A DNA stretch of 64,000 nt, from positions 832,001-896,000 of the forward strand of contig CAVVJT010000010.1 in NCBI GenBank assembly GCA_963748625.1, read 5' to 3'. Below the pieces are notes generated by a model. The model worked only from the letters and a program-made list of their open reading frames with translations. It was not told the DNA's origin and did no database searches. Source of the stretch: an uncultured Chloroflexia bacterium (lineage in GTDB: Bacteria > Chloroflexota > Limnocylindria > Limnocylindrales > CSP1-4). The translations under genes and the position numbers were made by a program. Below are positions 17,923 through 26,845 of this stretch, in pieces. Positions within the stretch are counted from its first letter, which is position 1. Every line of letters begins with the position of its first letter.

Positions 17923-19796
17923 GACCCGACTCCTTCGGCTGCGGGCGCCGCGTGCGCCATGCGTCCTCGCTCATCGGCGGCCCAGTTGCGCCGGTAGTTC
18001 GCGTAGTGGATGGCGCCGATCGCCTGGGCGAACTGGGCGACCGTGTAGGTCTCGCTGTCGCGCAGCTGGCGCATGAGGTCCGTGTTGGCCATCTCATCGT
18101 CGGCTACGGCAAGCCAGAGGGTGGGCGCGATGAACCGAGCCCCGCCGACCATCAGGTCGAAGCACGCCCGACGCTTCACGAGCCGGCCGAACAGGATCCG
18201 CTTCTGGACGGCCGGGTCCAGGAGCCACGCGGATTCGTGCCAGGCGACGGCCATGAATTCCCCGATCTCCCAGAAGATCCGGTCAACCGCCGGGTGACCC
18301 CCCTCCTCTGCCGCGGCCATCAGGAACTCGAGCAGCGGCTTGCGCATGTCCTTGGGCTCGGTCGGGACGAACACGCCGTCCTCGGAGACCGTGAGCAGGC
18401 CCCGCTCCAGGAGCTCGGCGAAGAGCGCCGGGTCCTCCTCGGGCAGGTACTTGGCCGCCAGCCGGAAGACGCCGCTCTGGCTCGTGTACTTCTGGAGCGT
18501 GCCGGCGAGCCGCGTGTTGAAGTTGTTGACGCTCCGGACGTCATCGGGGGCGTACTGGCGCTCGGGGTAGCTGCCGAGGTCGATGATGCAGTTGTAGATC
18601 TCGAGGGGGATGTCAGGAATGGTGCCGGCCTCCGTCACCCACCCGGTCCCGAGCTCCGTTCCGAGGGTGTGCGCGAAGACGCCATCGGCGATCGCCGCGG
18701 GGTCAACCACCCCGAGCTCCACAGCGGCGGTGAAGGCCGCCATCGGGCCGTCGTTGACCATGCCGACCACGCCGCCGGGCTTCACGAACGCCCGAAGCGC
18801 CTCGTCGAGGGTCGAGAGCCGCCGGAACTCGGCCTCGTAGGCGGGACCGAGGTGTTCCCGCATGCCGCGGGTCTTGTAGACCTCGCCACCCACGATCTTG
18901 TCGCGTACGACGACGTCCGGGAAGCAGACACCGATGGCATCAAGCCCGAATGGGGCGGACTGCAGCGCCTCCCCAGCGAGCACCGAGGCCTCGATCGTCG
19001 GGAGCAGGGCACCGCGGGCGAACGCCGGGGCGAGCACCTCCGCCATCGCCTCTGGGTCACAGGCACCCCTGACCCTCGCCCCATCGAGTCGCATCAGGCG
19101 GACGAGCAGCAGGATCGGGTCGATGATCTGGTCGATCTCGGTGAAGGCGGCCGGGAACCAGTCGTACTCCAGGAAGCGGGCGACCTGGCCATCGACGGCC
19201 AGGCAGAGCTTGATGTCGGTGCCGCCGATGTCCATGCCGCAGATCGCGGTCCCGTCCATGCCGCTGGTCGCCAGTGTTCCCAGCTCGTGGATCCGGGAGG
19301 CGGGAGCTGTCGCCTGGGCCGCGTCGGCCGGCGCGGCGTCGAGCATCCGGAAGCGGCCGCGGGACGGGCTGCCCGGTTCCGAGATGGCCTCGTCCATGCG
19401 CTCGGAGACATTGACGGCACGGCCGTAGCCGGGGCGCTCGAGCCGCGTTGCCTCGAGGCCGAAGGCCCGCTCGAATGCCGCAGCCAGCTCGGCCCCCTCG
19501 CCATCGTCGCCCTCCGCCTGGAGCGCGATGCCGCGGCCGCCGAGCGTGGAGATGATGTTGTAGCAACCTGCCAGGACGTACTCCGTGACCATCGCCCGCT
19601 CGTCATCTGCCAGCGCCGCGAACCTCGGCAGGCGGAAGAAGAAGGCCTTGCCAGCCTCGTCGAAGCCGTCGAGCGAGGCCGTCAGGACGAACGAGTCCGA
19701 GGGCGGCAGCGCATCGAACCGCTCACGCACGGAGCTGATGTACACGGGTCGGCCCGCTGCGGCGGTGTCGACCAGATCCCGGATGACCTGGCTCAT
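17919..19796 (-). CDS. Large ROK/ASKHA-family sugar kinase-like protein with an uncharacterised N-terminal domain
   Basis: CGMDIGGTDIK, IGVCFPD, VNDGPMAA, TLGTELGTG; ~625 aa, about twice a typical ROK kinase. Confidence 0.7.
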   Translation of the reverse strand: MSQVIRDLVDTAAAGRPVYISSVRERFDALPPSDSFVLTASLDGFDEAGKAFFFRLPRFAALADDERAMVTEYVLAGCYNIISTLGGRGIALQAEGDDGEGAELAAAFERAFGLEATRLERPGYGRAVNVSERMDEAISEPGSPSRGRFRMLDAAPADAAQATAPASRIHELGTLATSGMDGTAICGMDIGGTDIKLCLAVDGQVARFLEYDWFPAAFTEIDQIIDPILLLVRLMRLDGARVRGACDPEAMAEVLAPAFARGALLPTIEASVLAGEALQSAPFGLDAIGVCFPDVVVRDKIVGGEVYKTRGMREHLGPAYEAEFRRLSTLDEALRAFVKPGGVVGMVNDGPMAAFTAAVELGVVDPAAIADGVFAHTLGTELGTGWVTEAGTIPDIPLEIYNCIIDLGSYPERQYAPDDVRSVNNFNTRLAGTLQKYTSQSGVFRLAAKYLPEEDPALFAELLERGLLTVSEDGVFVPTEPKDMRKPLLEFLMAAAEEGGHPAVDRIFWEIGEFMAVAWHESAWLLDPAVQKRILFGRLVKRRACFDLMVGGARFIAPTLWLAVADDEMANTDLMRQLRDSETYTVAQFAQAIGAIHYANYRRNWAADERGRMAHAAPAAEGVGS

Positions 19797-19827
19797 CAAG
19801 AAGCTCCGAAGGGCCGCCGGGGCGACC

Positions 19828-20736
19828 TCACCGTACGGCGAGACCCCGTTCGGCAAACAGGGAACGAAATGCGTTCATCTCGGCCGGCGAGTACGAGGTC
19901 GTGACATCGGCGAACTCGTGGGGCATCCCCATGCGCCGGTACTTCGCGCTCGCGAGCGGGTTGAAGTTGATGAGCTCGACCGGCAGGGCAGGGTCGATCT
20001 CCGCCACGAGGTCGGCGATCGCGCCGAGGTTCTCCGGCGTGGCCGTGTAGCCGGGGACGAGCGGCACCCGCACGAGGATCCGTCCCGTGTCCTGGAGCGC
20101 CGCGGCGAGGCGGCGCAGATTGCCGAGGATGAGCTCGTTCGAGACACCCGTCGCGACCCTGTGCGCTTCGGGATCCGCGACCTTCACATCCACGATGAAC
20201 AGGTCGATCACGGGCAGGAGCGGCTCGATCGAGGACCACGGTGCGTGGAACGATGATTCGAGCGTCGTGGGCAGACCCTGTTCCTTGAGGGCGGCCGCCG
20301 TCTCGAGCACGAACGCGGCCTGGGCAAGCGGCTCGCCGCCCGAGAACGTCACGCCGCCCCCGGAGACCTCGTGGAAGATCGCGTCGCGCCCGACCTCGGC
20401 CACCACCTCGTCCGTCGTGATGTCGCGGCCGTCCAGCGCGAGCGCGTTGCGGGGGCACGCCTCCACGCAGTCGCCGCACTGGGTGCAGGCGGCATGGTTG
20501 ATGTCGACGCCGGTCGGCGTCAGCGTGATCGCCTTGGTGGGGCAGACCTCGGCGCAGCGGCCGGAGTGGCCGCACAGGTTCTCGAAGTGCCACAGCGAGA
20601 TGCTGCGATCGAGCCCTTCGGGGTTCTGGCACCACCGGCACCGGAGGGGACAGCCCTTCAGGAAGACGGTGGTGCGGATCCCGGGCCCGTCATGGACGGA
20701 GAACCGCTGGAGGTCGAAGATCCGGGCCGAGCTCAC
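19828..20736 (-). CDS. Glycyl-radical enzyme activase (radical SAM with ferredoxin insert; PflC-like)
   Basis: HDGPGIRTTVFLKGCPLRCRWCQNPE, ferredoxin-like Cys motifs, GGVTFSGGEP. Confidence 0.95.
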   Translation of the reverse strand: MSSARIFDLQRFSVHDGPGIRTTVFLKGCPLRCRWCQNPEGLDRSISLWHFENLCGHSGRCAEVCPTKAITLTPTGVDINHAACTQCGDCVEACPRNALALDGRDITTDEVVAEVGRDAIFHEVSGGGVTFSGGEPLAQAAFVLETAAALKEQGLPTTLESSFHAPWSSIEPLLPVIDLFIVDVKVADPEAHRVATGVSNELILGNLRRLAAALQDTGRILVRVPLVPGYTATPENLGAIADLVAEIDPALPVELINFNPLASAKYRRMGMPHEFADVTTSYSPAEMNAFRSLFAERGLAVR

Positions 20737-23106
20737 GAGTCTTCGTAGCTGGTCCGCGCGATGATCTCGTTCTGGAGATCCTCGGCAAGCTCGGTGAAGT
20801 AGGCCGTGTAGCCGGCGACGCGGATCGTCAGGTTCCGGTACTTGTCCGGATCCTTCTGGGCGGCGATCAGGTCATCGCGGGTGACCACGTTGAACTGGAC
20901 ATGGTTGATGCGAAGCCGGACGAACCCGCGCAGCATCGAGGAGAAGGCGGCGGCCCCCTCCTCGGACTTGAAGAGGCGCGGCAGGAACTTCATGTTGAGC
21001 AGCGTGCCGTTGCTGCCCAGGTAGGAGTCCACGCGCGCCACGGACGAGAGCAGCGCGGTCGGGCCGCGGTGATCGCGTCCGTAGACGGCGGACATGCCGC
21101 CATCGGCAAGCGGGCGCCTTGGCGGGGCGGCCGTCAGGCGTCGCGCCGACGTTTGCGCCCATCGGGACGTGGGCGCTCACGGTGTAGAGGCCCGTGTGGT
21201 ACCGGCCACCGCGATAGTTCGTGCGGCCCTCGAACTTGGCAGCGAAGTAGTGGACCCACGTGTTGCCGATCTCGTCCACCCACTCGACGTCGTTGCCGTA
21301 CTTGGGCGCCTTGTTGATGAGGATGTGCTGGAGCTCCTCGTCCTGCGCGTAGTTGGTCTGCAGCGCCGCGACCAGGCGGGCCTTGTCGACGGTGCCCTCG
21401 TCGAAGACGAGCTTCTTGACCGCCGCGAGGCTGTCCGCGACGTTGGCCACCTGGATGACCTGGATGCCGGACAGGTTGTAGTGCGCGCCGCCGCGCGTGA
21501 CGTCGAGGCCGCGGTCGAGGCAGTCGTCGATGACCGAGGACAGGAGGGCAGACGGGAGGAGGCGCTGGTGCATCTCCTCGACCTTCTCGCACGCCTCGAT
21601 CATCTTCTCGAAGAAGTAGTCGATCTGGACGGCAAAGGCCTGCTCGAGGTCCTCGTAGGTCGCGAAGTCGGTGAGATAGCCGGTCTGCGGGCCGAGCTGC
21701 GCACCCGTGAGGAGGCACTTGCCATCGTTCATGGCGAGCTCGAGCGCCTTGACGAGGTTGAACATCGCCGCGTCCGACCACCCGAGGGTGTTGCCGTGGG
21801 TGGTGAGCTCGACGCAGCCGACGATCGCGTAGTTCACGGCGTCGGCCGGCGCGATGCCCTGGGCCTCGAGGGCCGGGATGATGGACTCGTCGTTGAAGAC
21901 CTGCGGCATGCCGGAACCCAGGCCGATCACGCGCGTGCACTCGTCGAGGAGCGCGTCAGGCGTGTGCTCGTGGAGCCGGGCGGAGAGGTTGGGCTGCGGC
22001 AGGAGGATGTGGGCCTGCGCCTCGAGGAACAGGTACGAGAGGTCGTTCGACTCGTCCCGGCCCTGCTCGTCACGGCCGCCGAGGGCGACATTGAAGCCGA
22101 TCGGGAAGCCCGCGAAGAACGATGCGCTGTGCGAGTTGCGCAGGTACACGATCTGGTTGAACTTCAGCCAGAGCGCCTCGATCAGCTCGAGGGCGCCTGC
22201 CCGGTCCAGCCGGCCGGCGTCGACGTCCGAGCGGTAGTAGGGGTAGAGGTACTGGTCCGCGCGACCCGGCGAGAACGACGAGGCGTTGCTCTCCATGTGG
22301 AGCAGGGTGAACAGGAACCAGAGTGACTGGACCGCCTCGTGGAAGGTCTCGGCGCCGCCGACGGTGAGCTTGGTGCAGATCCGGGCAACCTCGCGCAGGT
22401 TGGCCGCTCGCTCGGGCGTCTCGGCCGTCGCCGCCATCGCGTTCGCGAGCTCGGCATACCGGCCCATGAAGTCGATCGATGCATCGAGGACGACCAGCAC
22501 GGAGTCGTAGAACTCACGCTGGTCGGGCGCGGCGCTCGCGGCCCGGGCCGCCGCCTCCGCGCGGAGGCCGGCCGGACCAAGGCGGATCCACTTGGCCGTG
22601 TCCGGGCAGATGTGGCCCTGGGCGTGGTCCTTCTGGTTGATCTTGACGACTTTGGCGATCGCGTCGAGAAGCGGGCCATCCTCGGCCCGAAGGGTGTCCT
22701 CGAGCGTCTTGCCCTGCCAGTACGGGAGGATCCGCTCACGGAAGGTGGCGGCATCCTCGGGGTGGACGTTGAACTTGTCCTGGGGCCGCGTCGCCATCGT
22801 GTCGAGCTCGCGGTCGATCCAGCTGATCCCGGCCTCCGGGAAGACAACCCCACCGCGGACACCGGTCGTGCGGTTGCCGACGATGAGCTCGTCCGGGTCG
22901 ATGTGGATCTCGAGCCTGCGCATCGATTCGGCGAGCGACAGGGCGCGCTTGAGGGCTGCGCTGGCGCCCTCATGCGACTGGTAGACGTCCGTGATGATGA
23001 GCGCCTGCTCAATCGACAGGTAGCGCGGCTCGTCGAGCATGCGCTCCTTCAGATCGACGATGCGCTGTGTCAGTCCAGCCTGCGTGGGGTGCTCTGCCAG
23101 GGTCAT
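20733..23106 (-). CDS. Glycyl radical enzyme, PflD (PFL2) clade; +1 frameshift at ~21113
   Basis: RPQDKF, INQKDHAQGHI, ESNASSFSPGR, FFAGFP, LPQPNL and the GCVE Cys loop. The C-terminal RVAGY glycyl loop is in the next frame; removing one base at 21112-21114 gives a ~790-aa ORF. Confidence 0.9.
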
Positions 23107-23131
23107 CCGTACTCTCCTCGACTCAGGCGCA

Positions 23132-23195
23132 ACCTTATCTGTCCCGTCTCCTCCCGTGAAGTCACATACCTTGCCGATTGGTGGAGGAAAGTGCC
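23132..23195 (-). promoter_or_regulatory. GRE operon promoter: -10 TAAGGT and putative AraC site
   Basis: Motif GATTGGTGGAGGAAAGTG (+ strand, 23176) lies 38 nt from a TAnnnT box. Confidence 0.55.
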
Positions 23196-23313
23196 CTCCC
23201 TCCGGGCGGAACTCCGCGGCTGCCCCGGCGGGCGGGCCCGCGTCAACACGTGGATCGGGCGTGCGCCGGGGTGGAGATAACTGACGCGTTCCGCAGCGTT
23301 CCGGACTGGATGA

Positions 23314-24192
23314 TCAGTCAGCGAGACGGGCCCGACGGAAGGCGCTCGGCGTCGTCCCCGCGAGGTCCCGGAAGACGCGGGCGAAGTACTTCGGATCATC
23401 GAACCCGACCCGCTCGGCAACGTCGTCCACGGTCAGGCGCTGGTCCGCAAGGAGCAGCTTCGCCTTGTCGATGCGGACGATGTTGCGGTAGTGCATCGGC
23501 GTCACGTCCATCTTCTTCTTGAACAGCCGGAACAGGTAGCTCGGGCTCACCGCGACCTGGGAGGCGAGCTCGTCGATGTCGAAGTCGCCCGCGTAGTTCT
23601 CGTGGATGTAGCCGAGACACCGCTCCACCAGCATGTTCGACTCGCGCGCCGGCTCCGAGAAGTGCTGGCGCACCTGGAGGAAGATCGCCTTGAGGTAGGC
23701 GGAGATCAGGTCCTCGGAGCAGGGCCGGTTCGCCGTGAACTCCGCATACACCATCTCGAACAGCGACCGCAGGTTCCCGCGCTCGTCCATGAGCTTGATC
23801 GCGTGCCCGAACGTCTCCGTGGGCCCGGTGTCGGCCCACAGGCAGATGATCTCCTGGCGATGTCGCAGATCGAGGTGCTCCGCGTGCTCGAGCTCGGGCG
23901 GATAGATCACGACGTCAAATCCGAGGACGTCGACCGACTCGTCGCCGGCGTCGATGTTGGCCTTCCCCTCGAGGAAGAAGATCAGCTCGAAGAACCGGTG
24001 CGAGTGCTTGCTGAAGTTCCAGATGCGGCTCTGCTCGTCGAAGCGCTCGCAGAACTGCAGCGTCGCATGCTCGATGTTCGTGCCCGCCAGGTACTGGCAG
24101 ATCGACTCGCGCTCGACCGGCTCGGCCCTGGCATGCGTTGCGTCGGAACTGGAAGCCCCTGCTCGACCCCGCGTCCGGGCCTCCGCCGCCAT
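23314..24192 (-). CDS. AraC-family transcriptional regulator (cupin + HTH)
   Basis: HSHRFFELIF cupin; SPSYLFRLFKK and VGFDDPKYFARVF. Confidence 0.95.
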   Translation of the reverse strand: MAAEARTRGRAGASSSDATHARAEPVERESICQYLAGTNIEHATLQFCERFDEQSRIWNFSKHSHRFFELIFFLEGKANIDAGDESVDVLGFDVVIYPPELEHAEHLDLRHRQEIICLWADTGPTETFGHAIKLMDERGNLRSLFEMVYAEFTANRPCSEDLISAYLKAIFLQVRQHFSEPARESNMLVERCLGYIHENYAGDFDIDELASQVAVSPSYLFRLFKKKMDVTPMHYRNIVRIDKAKLLLADQRLTVDDVAERVGFDDPKYFARVFRDLAGTTPSAFRRARLAD

Positions 24193-24194
24193 CG

Positions 24195-25193
24195 TCAGAG
24201 CTCGACCCGGGTACCGGTCTCGGCCGCCTCGCGGACGGCGAGCGCGACCTGCGCGGCCTGCAGCCCCTCGAGGCCCGTGACGACCGGCCGCGCTGCCTCG
24301 CCGTGGACGGCGGCAGCGAACCCGCTCACGTTGATGTCGTAGAGGTCGCGGCGGTTGGGGATGTCGACCTCCCGCTCGCCGGATGCATCACGCACCACCA
24401 CGGTTCCGATCGGCTCCTGCGTCATGACGTTGGTCGCGAGGATCGCGCCGTCCTCGCCGATGACGTGGATCCCGGTCGGAGCATAGGCGACGGTGAAGGC
24501 ATCGTGCGTCTGCACGAGGACCCCGTTGGCGTAGCGCATCGTCGCCATGAGCGCGTCCTCGGCAGCCGACTCCCAGGAGCCCTGCTTGGTCGAGAGCGCG
24601 ACCACATCGACCGGCAGCTCGCCGACAAGTGGGTTGATGACCGCGGCATCGTGGCACGTCACGTCCAGGGCGACGCCGCCGCCGGCCTTGCTGGCAAGAC
24701 GCCAGCCCTGGAGCCGCGGCGGGAGCATGACCGCATGGAACACGCGGATCGCGAGCAGCCGGCCGATGGCCCCCGCCTGCACCAGCTCCCGGATCGTCCG
24801 GTGCGTGTCGCAGCCAGGGAGATGATGGTTCGTGCCCAGGATCACGCCTGCCGCCTCGGCCGCGGCCAGCATCGCCTGGCCGTCCTCGACGGACAGGGCG
24901 AGCGGCTTCTCGGCGAGGACGTGTTTGCCGGCCCGGGCCGCGAGGATGGCGTGGTCGCGGTGGAACTCGTTCTTGGTGCTGATGTAGACCGCATCCACGT
25001 CGTCGCGCGCAACGAGGTCCTCAACGGTGCAGCCCACGGGGATCCCGTTGCGGTCCGCGTAGGTGGCGGCCCAGTCCGCGGTGGGATCGCCGACGGCCGT
25101 CACCTCGTGGCCCATCCGGCGCATGGCCGGGATCATGCGGGTGGCGGCGACGTCGCTGGCGCCGATCAAGCCCCAGCGCAGTGTTGCAGGCAT
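24195..25193 (-). CDS. afr: 1,5-anhydro-D-fructose reductase (1,5-anhydro-D-mannitol-forming) homologue, Gfo/Idh/MocA family
   Basis: LRWGLIGAS, AVYISTKNEFH, EKPLALS, LGTNHHL, RVFHAVMLPPRLQGWRL, GGGVALDVTCHDA, HDAFT and NVMTQEPIG closely follow the Sinorhizobium Afr sequence as I recall it. Confidence 0.8.
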   Translation of the reverse strand: MPATLRWGLIGASDVAATRMIPAMRRMGHEVTAVGDPTADWAATYADRNGIPVGCTVEDLVARDDVDAVYISTKNEFHRDHAILAARAGKHVLAEKPLALSVEDGQAMLAAAEAAGVILGTNHHLPGCDTHRTIRELVQAGAIGRLLAIRVFHAVMLPPRLQGWRLASKAGGGVALDVTCHDAAVINPLVGELPVDVVALSTKQGSWESAAEDALMATMRYANGVLVQTHDAFTVAYAPTGIHVIGEDGAILATNVMTQEPIGTVVVRDASGEREVDIPNRRDLYDINVSGFAAAVHGEAARPVVTGLEGLQAAQVALAVREAAETGTRVEL

Positions 25194-25221
25194 GGCGTTC
25201 GCTCCTCGTGGCGTGGGCGGC

Positions 25222-26820
25222 TCAGACGACCTTGCCCGCACGCATGATGGCCGCACCCTTCTCGCCGACCATGATCGACGGGGCCTGGGTGTTGCCGCTG
25301 ATCAGGGTGGGCATGATCGAGGCGTCGATGACGCGCAGCCCGCCGAGTCCGTGGACCTTGAGCTGCGTGTCGACCACCGCCATCGGGTCAGAGCCCATCT
25401 TGCAGGACCCGACCGGGTGGTAGTCGGTCTTGGACCACTCCTTGATGTACTCGCGGACGGCCTTCTCCGACTTCACGTCCTTGCCGGGCAGGCGCTCCCT
25501 CCGGATCAGACCCTTGAACGCCGGGGCGTTGATGATCTCGCGCCCGCGCTCGAAACCCTCCATGGAGATCTTCCAGTCGTAGGGGTCCTGGAGGAAGGCG
25601 GGGTCGATCGCCGGCTCCACCGTGGGATCCGCCGACCGGAGCGTCACCGAGCCGATGCTCTTCGGGCGCAGGTTGCAGGTGTTGATGGTGACGCCGTGGC
25701 CCTTGATCCGCATGCGGCCGTGGTCCACGACGTACGCCGGCAGGCAGTGGATCTGGATGTCGGGCGAGCGGACGTCGCTGCTCGACCGCAGGAACGCGCC
25801 GGCCTCGGCGACGCAGGCGGTCACCGGCCCCGTCTTGTAGAGGAGGTACTGGATGCCATGGCGGGCGGCCTTGTCCCACCGGTCCTCGCCGTTGTAGCTC
25901 ACCGGCGCGGTCTCGGCCGTCAGGTACACGTCCATGTGGTCCTGGAAGTTCTTGCCGACGCCCGGCAGGTCGTGCACCACATCGACGCCGAGCGCGCGCA
26001 GCTCGTCCGCCGGGCCGATGCCCGACAGGAGCAGCAGGCGGGGCGAGTTGACAGCGCCTCCCGAGAGGACCACCTCGCCGCCTGCCTGGATCCTGGCCTC
26101 GGCGGGCTTGCCGCTGTGCAGGTACTGGACCCCGACGGCCCTGCCGCCCTCCGTGAGGACCTTGGTGGCCGTTGCGTGGGTCTCGATGACGAGGTTCTTG
26201 CGGCCCTTGGCCGGACGGAGGAACGCCGTCGCCGCGCTCTCGCGGCGGACGTTGCGCTGCGTGACGTCGTAGTAGCCCACGCCGTCCTGCTCGGCGCCAT
26301 TGAAGTCATGGCTGAACGGGATGCCGAGCGTCTGCACGGAGCGCACGAACCCCTTGGAGATGGGGTTGTGCGAGACCTGTTCGGTGACGTTGAGCGGGCC
26401 GCCGGTGCCGTGGAACTCGTTGGCGAGACGCTCGTTGTTCTCGGACTTCGTGAAGTACGGCAGGACGCCGTCGTAGCCCCACCCCTCGTTGCCGAGGTCG
26501 CGCCACTCGTCGTAGTCGAGCCGGTGGCCGCGGATGTAGATCATCGCGTTGATCGAGGTGCTGCCCCCCAGGGTCCGGCCCTGCGGGTAGTGCATCCGGC
26601 GATCGTTGAGCTGCGGCTGCGGCACCGTGCTGAAACCCCAGTTCACGTCCGGGCTCGTCAGCTTGGTGAAGCCGGCCGGCATGTGGATGAGCGGATTGTT
26701 GTCGGGTCCGCCGGCCTCGAGGAGCAGGACGCGATTGGCGGGCTCCTCGCTCAGGCGGGCGGCGACGACGCAACCCGCCGCACCGGCCCCGACAACGATG
26801 TGGGTGTAGCGCTGGCTCAT
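25222..26820 (-). CDS. GMC oxidoreductase, choline/L-sorbose dehydrogenase-like (primary alcohol to aldehyde)
   Basis: IVVGAGAAGCVVAARLSE, GRTLGGSTSINAM, GKNFQDH, YHPVGSCKMG, GNTQAP. Confidence 0.9.
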   Translation of the reverse strand: MSQRYTHIVVGAGAAGCVVAARLSEEPANRVLLLEAGGPDNNPLIHMPAGFTKLTSPDVNWGFSTVPQPQLNDRRMHYPQGRTLGGSTSINAMIYIRGHRLDYDEWRDLGNEGWGYDGVLPYFTKSENNERLANEFHGTGGPLNVTEQVSHNPISKGFVRSVQTLGIPFSHDFNGAEQDGVGYYDVTQRNVRRESAATAFLRPAKGRKNLVIETHATATKVLTEGGRAVGVQYLHSGKPAEARIQAGGEVVLSGGAVNSPRLLLLSGIGPADELRALGVDVVHDLPGVGKNFQDHMDVYLTAETAPVSYNGEDRWDKAARHGIQYLLYKTGPVTACVAEAGAFLRSSSDVRSPDIQIHCLPAYVVDHGRMRIKGHGVTINTCNLRPKSIGSVTLRSADPTVEPAIDPAFLQDPYDWKISMEGFERGREIINAPAFKGLIRRERLPGKDVKSEKAVREYIKEWSKTDYHPVGSCKMGSDPMAVVDTQLKVHGLGGLRVIDASIMPTLISGNTQAPSIMVGEKGAAIMRAGKVV

Positions 26821-26845
26821 CTGGATCTCCGGAACGCAGGTGGGA

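Noticed and set aside
20733-21095. 120-aa RVAGY ORF as an autonomous glycyl radical cofactor (GrcA-like)
   Set aside because: It is the exact continuation of the upstream GRE after a one-base indel and has no SD of its own.
20733-23106. Pyruvate formate-lyase
   Set aside because: It has a single Cys in GCVE rather than the adjacent Cys-Cys pair of PFL.
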